Source: Thermotogota bacterium
Lineage (GTDB): Bacteria > Thermotogota > Thermotogae > Petrotogales > Petrotogaceae
Reading direction: 5' to 3'
Length of the DNA stretch: 64,000 nt
Assembly: GCA_051748045.1 (NCBI GenBank)
Contig: JBNJGY010000002.1
Coordinates: forward strand, 63,701-127,700
A program made the translations under genes and the position numbers. Positions 57,454 to 64,000 of the stretch are shown here, piece after piece; position 1 is the first letter of the stretch, and each line of letters starts with the position of its first letter. The notes beneath the pieces are model-generated. The model had not been told where the DNA came from and ran no database searches. It saw only the letters and a list, made by a program, of their open reading frames with translations.

Positions 57454-59604
57454 ATGTTGAGAGCAATGTACTCCGGTATAACTGGGTTGAGAAATTTCCA
57501 AACACAAATGGATGTAGTTGGTAATAACATAGCAAATGTTAATACTGTAGGATTCAAATCATCAAGAGTAACTTTTCAAACAACTCTTTTACAAACAATA
57601 AAATCAGGAAAAAGACCAGATGGACAATTAGGTGGAACTAATCCAATGGCAATTGGTCTTGGGTCACAAGTAGCGTCTATTGATAAATTAATGGGACAAG
57701 GTTCATTTCAAAATACTGGGAAAAAAACAGACCTTGCTATTCAAGGTGATGGTTTCTTTGTTTTATCAGATGGAGAAGGACAGTTTTTCACAAGAGCAGG
57801 TAACTTTACTCTTGATACTTCTGGTAATTTAGTTGATCCAAGTTCAGGTATGAAACTCCAAGGATGGAGTTCAAAGATAACAGCTGATGGACAAAGATAT
57901 GTAGATTCTAATGATCCTATAGGGGATATAAAAGTTTCAGCAGGACAAGTTATGCCTGCAAAACAAACTTCTTTTATAAAAATGGCACATAATATAAATG
58001 CTGATGTGGGTATTCAAGAAACTACATTAGTAACAAAAACAGGAATGGGTACAAATCTTCCTGTTAAATTTGCTTTCAGTAGAAACATGGAAGAAGATAA
58101 TAGAGACAGAATAGTATATGATTTTACAGCAGATCTTGAAGATTTATCAGATAGATATTCTTTTGTCCAGGAAGATGCAGGAGGAATTTCATCTTCAGAT
58201 GAATTAAATGGAATGGTTGAATTAGATGAATCGGGTAATGTATTAAACTGGATAACTTATGACGAAAGTGGATCTGCCGCATCTTCAGATAAATTATCTA
58301 TATATGATATCAAAGGTTCAATAACTGACCCAGCAACTGGAACAGATGCAACTTTTGATACAACTGCTGGTGCTGATGCAGCTTCTTTTTCTGGTAATAT
58401 AAAAATATCAAAAGCTGATGGAACTGAAGCTTTTTATGATCCTCAAAATATTTCAATAGATTGGGGAGATACAAATGCAGATGAACTTACAGTTCAGTTA
58501 GAAATAGATGGTAATATAGAAACTTTTTCTTTTGCTCCAACAGATGTTAATGGCGATGGAAATATTTCTATTAATGAATTAAACCAATCTTTATCTAATG
58601 GAGTAACTAATGCCAATAATCTAACATTATCAGGGTTGAGTGTTGTTAGTGCTTCAAGTGCTGAAACTATTGATGGGGATTTTACGGTTAATGTAACTTC
58701 AACAAAAGAGATTATTCAACCCCCAAGTGGCGGTTCGATAAGATTTACAGATTTACAAAATCCTTCAAATTTCTCAATCGCAGAATATGAAAGCCCAACA
58801 GTTTCAACTTCATCTTTAGTTTATGATTCTTTAGGTAAGGATTATAATGTATATACAAAATTTACAAAATTAGATAACAATACTTGGCATTGGAAAGCTG
58901 AGCTGGACGATGGAACACCATTAAAATTCTTAGCTCAAGATGGAACGAGAGATAATACAAGACAGGCAGAAGGTGTAATAGCTTTTGATGGAAACGGTGG
59001 AATAGCTGCAACTGATTGGAGATTAAGGGATGATGGAACCATAGACAGCAATTCAACAGATAATGACAATGGGGCAGCAGGGTTTTGGTTCGATCCTTCA
59101 GAAATGGGTGCTGCATTAAATCCTAACTCTGAACCAAGTTCTGCAGCTGGTGCAGGACCAGTTCAAATAGAAATTGATTTTAATGAAATAACACAATTCT
59201 CATCTAATCATTCTATTGCAGTGACAGAACAAGATGGAAACGCAGAAGGAACTCTTGAATCTTTCGCGATAAATGAAGTTGGAGAACTTGTTGGAACATT
59301 TACCAACGGTAGTTCAGATACTTTGGGTAAAGTTGGTATGGCTACATTTAACAATCCACAAGGACTTATGGAAACTGGAAATTCTATGTATACTCGAAGT
59401 TCAAATAGTGGACTTGCTCAAATTGGAGTAGCTGGTGTTGGAGGAAGAGGAACACTTATTCCAGGAGCTCTTGAAATGTCAAATGTTGATTTGGCTGAAG
59501 AATTTACAAACATGATAGTTGCTCAAAGAGGTTTCCAAGCAACATCTAGAATAATAACAACTTCAGATCAAATTCTACAAGAATTAGTAAATATTAAAAG
59601 ATAA
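57454..59604 (+). CDS. flgE: Flagellar hook protein FlgE with large inserted domain
   Basis: MLRAMYSG..GL, V.GNNIANVNT.GFK, DLAIQGDGFF, TRAGNF, LEMSNVDLAEEFT.MI.AQRGFQ. Confidence 0.95.
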   Translation: MLRAMYSGITGLRNFQTQMDVVGNNIANVNTVGFKSSRVTFQTTLLQTIKSGKRPDGQLGGTNPMAIGLGSQVASIDKLMGQGSFQNTGKKTDLAIQGDGFFVLSDGEGQFFTRAGNFTLDTSGNLVDPSSGMKLQGWSSKITADGQRYVDSNDPIGDIKVSAGQVMPAKQTSFIKMAHNINADVGIQETTLVTKTGMGTNLPVKFAFSRNMEEDNRDRIVYDFTADLEDLSDRYSFVQEDAGGISSSDELNGMVELDESGNVLNWITYDESGSAASSDKLSIYDIKGSITDPATGTDATFDTTAGADAASFSGNIKISKADGTEAFYDPQNISIDWGDTNADELTVQLEIDGNIETFSFAPTDVNGDGNISINELNQSLSNGVTNANNLTLSGLSVVSASSAETIDGDFTVNVTSTKEIIQPPSGGSIRFTDLQNPSNFSIAEYESPTVSTSSLVYDSLGKDYNVYTKFTKLDNNTWHWKAELDDGTPLKFLAQDGTRDNTRQAEGVIAFDGNGGIAATDWRLRDDGTIDSNSTDNDNGAAGFWFDPSEMGAALNPNSEPSSAAGAGPVQIEIDFNEITQFSSNHSIAVTEQDGNAEGTLESFAINEVGELVGTFTNGSSDTLGKVGMATFNNPQGLMETGNSMYTRSSNSGLAQIGVAGVGGRGTLIPGALEMSNVDLAEEFTNMIVAQRGFQATSRIITTSDQILQELVNIKR

Positions 59605-59621
59605 TGATTTGAGGCGATAAT

Positions 59622-59825
59622 ATGATAAATGTTAGTAAATTAAACGGTAATGAATTTATTATAAATTGTGAACAAATTGAAAAAATAGAAAGTCACCCAG
59701 ATACAACAATTACAATGATGAATGGACATGTTTATATTGTTCAACAATCTCTTGAAGAAATAAGAGAAAGAGTGATAGAATATAAACGTAGCTTTTTTAA
59801 TGTATCATCCAAAAGAGGTGAGTAA
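59622..59825 (+). CDS. flbD: Flagellar protein FlbD/SwrD
   Basis: MI.V.KLNG..F.IN...IE.IE..PDTTIT..NG. Confidence 0.9.
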   Translation: MINVSKLNGNEFIINCEQIEKIESHPDTTITMMNGHVYIVQQSLEEIRERVIEYKRSFFNVSSKRGE

Positions 59826-59828
59826 TAA

Positions 59829-60602
59829 GTGGATATTTCAAGTGTAATTGGTATAGTTTTGGCAATAGCGGCTATTGCCCTTGGTGTAGGAGCAAACATA
59901 GGAGATATTATAAATGTTCAATCAATCTTCATAACAGTTGTAGGATCTATTGGTGCAACATTTATAGCTCATGATAAAAGTAGATCTTTTAAAATGTTCA
60001 ATACAATTATAAGTGCTATAAAAATGCCCAAAGTAGATAATGTAGGTACTTTACGAACATTATATTCTTTTGCTGAAAAGGCTAGAAGAGATGGGATGAT
60101 AGCTCTTGAAGAAGATATTCAGACTGTCGAAGATGATTATATGCAAGACGGCTTAAGAGCTGCTGTAGATGGTACAGACCCAGAAGAAATAAGAAAAATA
60201 TTAGAAATAAAAATGGAAATGTCAGAAGAAGAACAAGAAAGAAATATTGCTGTATTAGATACATGGGGTGCAATTGCTCCAGCATTTGGTATGATTGGTA
60301 CATTAATAGGATTGGTTTTATTACTTAAAACTTTAAATGATCCAACAACTATTGGTCCAAAAATGTCAATAGCTTTGATTACTACATTATATGGGGCATT
60401 AATTGCTAACATTTTAGCAATTCCACCTGCAGAAAAATTAAAAAGAAGAATCGCTAACGATTTAAACCAAAAAAGAATGACTTTAGAAGGTATACTATCT
60501 ATTGTCCAAGGTGAAAATCCTAGATTGATGGAAGAAAAACTTAAAGCATTCTTAACAGATATAGAAAGAGAACAATACGAAAAAGAAAAAGGTGAAGCTT
60601 AA
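59829..60602 (+). CDS. motA: Flagellar stator protein MotA/PomA
   Basis: ARR.G..ALE, APAFGMIGTLIGLV, ALITTLYG, GENP. Confidence 0.93.
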   Translation: MDISSVIGIVLAIAAIALGVGANIGDIINVQSIFITVVGSIGATFIAHDKSRSFKMFNTIISAIKMPKVDNVGTLRTLYSFAEKARRDGMIALEEDIQTVEDDYMQDGLRAAVDGTDPEEIRKILEIKMEMSEEEQERNIAVLDTWGAIAPAFGMIGTLIGLVLLLKTLNDPTTIGPKMSIALITTLYGALIANILAIPPAEKLKRRIANDLNQKRMTLEGILSIVQGENPRLMEEKLKAFLTDIEREQYEKEKGEA

Positions 60603-60617
60603 AGCGAGGTGCCTTTT

Positions 60618-61493
60618 ATGGCTAAAAAGAAAAAACCTGAAAAAGATAAATCTGGAGATTGGATGACCACGTTCTCTGACTTGAATTCTTTGTTAATGAC
60701 TTTTTTTGTAGCATTATTTTCCATGGCTACAATATCGCCAGGGAAATTTCAACAAGCTGCAATGAGTTTTAACAATGCTTTTGATGGAGCACCACCTGGA
60801 GTTTTAGTAGGGGGTAAATCAATGTCTGAAGAACCACTAATTTCATCTAATCCAGGAATAAAAAGAGATTTATTAAAAATAGTAGAAGATGAAAATTTCA
60901 AAGGGAAAATTACTATAGAAGAAACAGATAGAGGAACTATTGTATCGTTAAGTGATATGGCTTTTTTCCAAGTTGGTAGTGCTGAATTAACAAAAGCAGC
61001 TAAAGATTTATTGTACCAAATTGGTATAATAATTCTAGAACACACAACAAATCCAATTGAAATGTATGGATATACTGATGATCTAAAAATGACTGAAAAT
61101 AATATATATCCTTCCAACTGGCATTTGGGTGCAGCTAGGGCTGCTAGTATTGCAAGATTCTTTACAGGTGAGTTAAAGGAAAGAAGAACAATAGAAAGAA
61201 TAGGCGAAATAAGAAATGGAACCTTTGATATAAATTATTTTTATGATGAAAATAGATTTTATCCTATAGCAGTTGGAGATAGAGAAATATTAAAAGATGT
61301 AGAAAATCTTCAAAATGAAATAGATTCTAGAAGATCATTAAAATCAGAAGAATTTCAAAGTGGAGAAATAACTGCAGAAGAATTTTCTGTTGCAAAAGAA
61401 AAAATAGAAGAATATTATGAACGAGAATTACAAAGACTCAGAGATTCATATAGAAAAATCGATTTACTAATTCTTAGACAGAGAATTAGATAA
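60618..61493 (+). CDS. motB: Flagellar stator protein MotB/PomB
   Basis: W.TTFSDL.SLL.TFFV.L; OmpA-like G.TD...NW.L.AARA. Confidence 0.92.
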   Translation: MAKKKKPEKDKSGDWMTTFSDLNSLLMTFFVALFSMATISPGKFQQAAMSFNNAFDGAPPGVLVGGKSMSEEPLISSNPGIKRDLLKIVEDENFKGKITIEETDRGTIVSLSDMAFFQVGSAELTKAAKDLLYQIGIIILEHTTNPIEMYGYTDDLKMTENNIYPSNWHLGAARAASIARFFTGELKERRTIERIGEIRNGTFDINYFYDENRFYPIAVGDREILKDVENLQNEIDSRRSLKSEEFQSGEITAEEFSVAKEKIEEYYERELQRLRDSYRKIDLLILRQRIR

Positions 61494-61508
61494 TAGGGGG
61501 ATTAAACT

Positions 61509-62042
61509 ATGGCTGATGAAAATGTTAATTTACCAGATGAAGAAAAAAAGAAAGGTCCTAGCCTTTTAATGATATTAATAATAACAATAGTAGTTACACT
61601 AATTGTTGCAGCGGGTACTTCATTTTTGATTTTAAATTTTCTTGGTTCTAACACTTCTTCCAGTGATGGATCTGAAAATTCAAATCAATCATTAAACTCT
61701 CCTATTATTTCAACAGTTGAAATTGTTAGAGAAGGTGCAAGATATCCTATTATGTTAAAAGGTGGTAATGATGTAGCTGTTGTTGATGCCTTAACTTTAA
61801 GAACTGGTAGTGATGATGCGAGAAATGCAATTTCTAATAATAGAATAGAAGTTTTGGAAGCAATTAGAATGATTTTCTTAAATAAAACAAGAGCAGAAGT
61901 TTCGACTTTACAAGGATTAGAATTATTAAAAAAACAAATTAGAGACTCCATTAATGAAATAATTGGATTTACCGGAGAACGTGAAAATCAAGGAGTATTA
62001 AAAGCTAATATAGTTATTTTAACAATTAGCTCTACTGAATGA
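61509..62042 (+). CDS. fliL: Flagellar basal body-associated protein FliL
   Basis: N-terminal TM; G...LK..I.D.IN; between motB and fliM. Confidence 0.85.
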   Translation: MADENVNLPDEEKKKGPSLLMILIITIVVTLIVAAGTSFLILNFLGSNTSSSDGSENSNQSLNSPIISTVEIVREGARYPIMLKGGNDVAVVDALTLRTGSDDARNAISNNRIEVLEAIRMIFLNKTRAEVSTLQGLELLKKQIRDSINEIIGFTGERENQGVLKANIVILTISSTE

Positions 62043-62051
62043 GGTGAGAAA

Positions 62052-63140
62052 ATGGCTTCTAATGAAACTTTATCCCAAGAAGAAATAGATAACTTATTAA
62101 ATTCATTTGGTGGGTCAGGTGAAGAAGGAGAACAATCCGAAGAAATTGAGACTCCCCAGATTGAAGATAAAAGTGTAAGAGAATATAATTTCAGAAGACC
62201 TGTCAAATTTTCGAGAGAACAACAAAGAACACTACAATTAATTCACGAAAATTTTGCCAGAGAAATTTCAACATATTTGTCTGGAAGGACAAGAACTTTT
62301 GTTGAAGTTAGATATGCAAGTATTGACCAGATTACTTTTTCTGAATTTCAACAGTCTTTAACAACTCCAACTTATATGGGGATCTTTTCTACAGATTTAT
62401 TATCTGGAAGCGCAATATTACAAATAGGTTTAGATATTGGTTATGTAATGATAGATAAACTGTTAGGTGGTCCTGGTATATCTATTGAAGATATGAGGTC
62501 TCCAACAGATATTGAAATGTCAATTCTTAGAAAAGAATCTTCTGTAATGTTAAGATCGCTTTCAAAAGCTTGGGCAAATATAAGTGAATTTGATGTTCAG
62601 TTGGATAAAGTTGAAACAAATCCTCAATTTGTTCAGATAGCTCCTCCAAATGAAATGACAGTACTGATAACAATGTCAATTACTGTAAGAGATGTCCAAG
62701 GGTTTATTAATATTTGTTTCCCTTCATCCACACTAGAACCAGTAAGCGACAAATTAAATACAAGAATGTGGACACAATCTTATAAATATTCAGAAAAATC
62801 AAAAGAAGATCTTAAAAAATTGATAATGTTATCAGAAATGTCATTATCTGCAGTTTTAGGTCAAACAACATTATCATTGAATGATCTTTTAAGAGTTCAA
62901 ACTGGAGATGTTCTGAGGTTGAATTCATTTTATGAAGATCCAATTAATGTAGAAATACAGGGTACTCCAGTTTATAAGTCAAAAATTGGTAAGAATAAAG
63001 GTTATTATGCAATCAAAATAGAAGAAGAAAACAAAGAACTATTAGAAAAAATAATGCTTGAACAGAGTTTACATAAAGAGTTCGATAAAGATAAAAAAGA
63101 AAAGAAAGATGAAAATGGAGGTGAAAAAGATGTTGAGTGA
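62052..63140 (+). CDS. fliM: Flagellar motor switch protein FliM
   Basis: LSQEEIDNLL, Y.F.RP.KFS, ID.LLGG.G, ETNPQFVQI, SpoA domain. Confidence 0.95.
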   Translation: MASNETLSQEEIDNLLNSFGGSGEEGEQSEEIETPQIEDKSVREYNFRRPVKFSREQQRTLQLIHENFAREISTYLSGRTRTFVEVRYASIDQITFSEFQQSLTTPTYMGIFSTDLLSGSAILQIGLDIGYVMIDKLLGGPGISIEDMRSPTDIEMSILRKESSVMLRSLSKAWANISEFDVQLDKVETNPQFVQIAPPNEMTVLITMSITVRDVQGFINICFPSSTLEPVSDKLNTRMWTQSYKYSEKSKEDLKKLIMLSEMSLSAVLGQTTLSLNDLLRVQTGDVLRLNSFYEDPINVEIQGTPVYKSKIGKNKGYYAIKIEEENKELLEKIMLEQSLHKEFDKDKKEKKDENGGEKDVE

Positions 63141-64000
63141 TGATTTTCTTAGTCAAGAAGAATTAGACTCTTTACTTAATGGTTTAAATGATGAGTCTAA
63201 TGGTGATAATAATAAAGAAAATAATAATGCTAATTCTAATATGGATAGAATAATAGATATGATGTCAGAAGTAGGAAATATAGCCATGGGTTCTGGAGCT
63301 ACTACTTTATCTACATTACTCAGAAAAAAAGTGAAAATAGAATCACCTCAAGCTAGTATAGTAAAATTTAAAGATATTGAGACTAACTTCGAAGGACAAC
63401 AATTAGTTATTACAATAGATTACAAAAAAGGTTTGGAAGGTATAAATTCATTTGTTTTGCCTGGTAATATGGCAAATATAATCTCAAATCTTATGATGGG
63501 TGGAGATGGTGAAGTGGAAGACGGTTCTGAATTAGATGAGATTTCTAAAAGTGCCGTTGGAGAAGCAATGAACCAAATGATGGGTTCAGCATCAACAGCA
63601 ATGTCAGATTTTTTGAGAACTTCTGTAGATATATCTCCACCAAATATAAATGTTTTAGATTTTTCAGAAGAGGGAACATCTTTTCCACCAATGGAAACAA
63701 AAGATAATGAAGATATTATCTCAATAAAGTTTGATATGGAGATTGATGATTTAGCTAAAACTACTTTTTGGCAATTTATTCCTTTGTCTTTTGCTAAAAC
63801 TGTGGAAGATTTGATGAAAAAGGCTATGTCAGAAGATGACGATAAGCCTCAACAACAATCGCCACAGCAACAACAAGCTCAGCAGCAACAACAACAAGCT
63901 CCACAGCAACAACAACAAGCTCCACAACAACAACAAGCTCCACAGCAACAACAACAATCGCCACAGCAACAACAACAGGCTCCGCAACAATTCAATAATG
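63130..64000 (+). CDS. fliY: Flagellar motor switch phosphatase FliY (partial, runs off window; absent from ORF track)
   Basis: MLSDDFLSQEELDSLL; CheC-like EVGNIAMG and EAMNQMMG motifs; LMMGG; open to window end. Confidence 0.9.
   Translation, partial: MLSDDFLSQEELDSLLNGLNDESNGDNNKENNNANSNMDRIIDMMSEVGNIAMGSGATTLSTLLRKKVKIESPQASIVKFKDIETNFEGQQLVITIDYKKGLEGINSFVLPGNMANIISNLMMGGDGEVEDGSELDEISKSAVGEAMNQMMGSASTAMSDFLRTSVDISPPNINVLDFSEEGTSFPPMETKDNEDIISIKFDMEIDDLAKTTFWQFIPLSFAKTVEDLMKKAMSEDDDKPQQQSPQQQQAQQQQQQAPQQQQQAPQQQQAPQQQQQSPQQQQQAPQQFNN
63847..63990 (+). repeat. Poly-Q/P tandem repeat encoding P-Q(3-5)-(A/S) units in FliY linker
   Basis: CAA/CAG runs punctuated by GCT CCA or TCG CCA. Confidence 0.9.

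Overview
AT-rich, densely coded bacterial chromosome segment. Gene content and order (HK853-like kinase-HDOD-rbfA-truB-ribF, SLH/coiled-coil Omp-alpha-like toga protein, DUF4897-like protein, Thermotoga-type flagellar genes) point to Thermotogota, probably a low-GC Petrotogales member (inference). Mostly core functions: nadE, aminotransferase, nfo, three tRNAs (Glu, Val, Phe), rbfA/truB/ribF, mgtE, an hfs-like [FeFe]-hydrogenase cluster, flgBC-fliE, csaB-like gene, udk plus a BMP-type nucleoside ABC transporter, rnhB, mazG, prmC, scpAB-rluB, suhB-rmlA-treS-like-MIF, a GH13/MATE/CBM cluster, an envelope operon upstream of serS-rsmE, and fliK-flgD-flgE-flbD-motAB-fliL-fliM-fliY (truncated by the window). 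No CRISPR array, prophage or intact transposase is seen. The most notable unexplained items are: (1) an unannotated, independently promoted and terminated ~72-nt RNA with twin C-rich anti-Shine-Dalgarno-like motifs (36864-36970); (2) a hydrogenase regulatory cluster whose sensory-hydrogenase slot holds a PAS-plus-tail protein lacking the H-cluster domain; (3) a ~100-bp IS3-like miniature element; (4) a probable ATA-initiated secreted protein; (5) an EF-hand-like loop in the FlgE insert; (6) an active/dead patatin pair next to an LptA-like and an Omp-alpha-like gene. Family assignments come from motif recognition only; no database searches were run.
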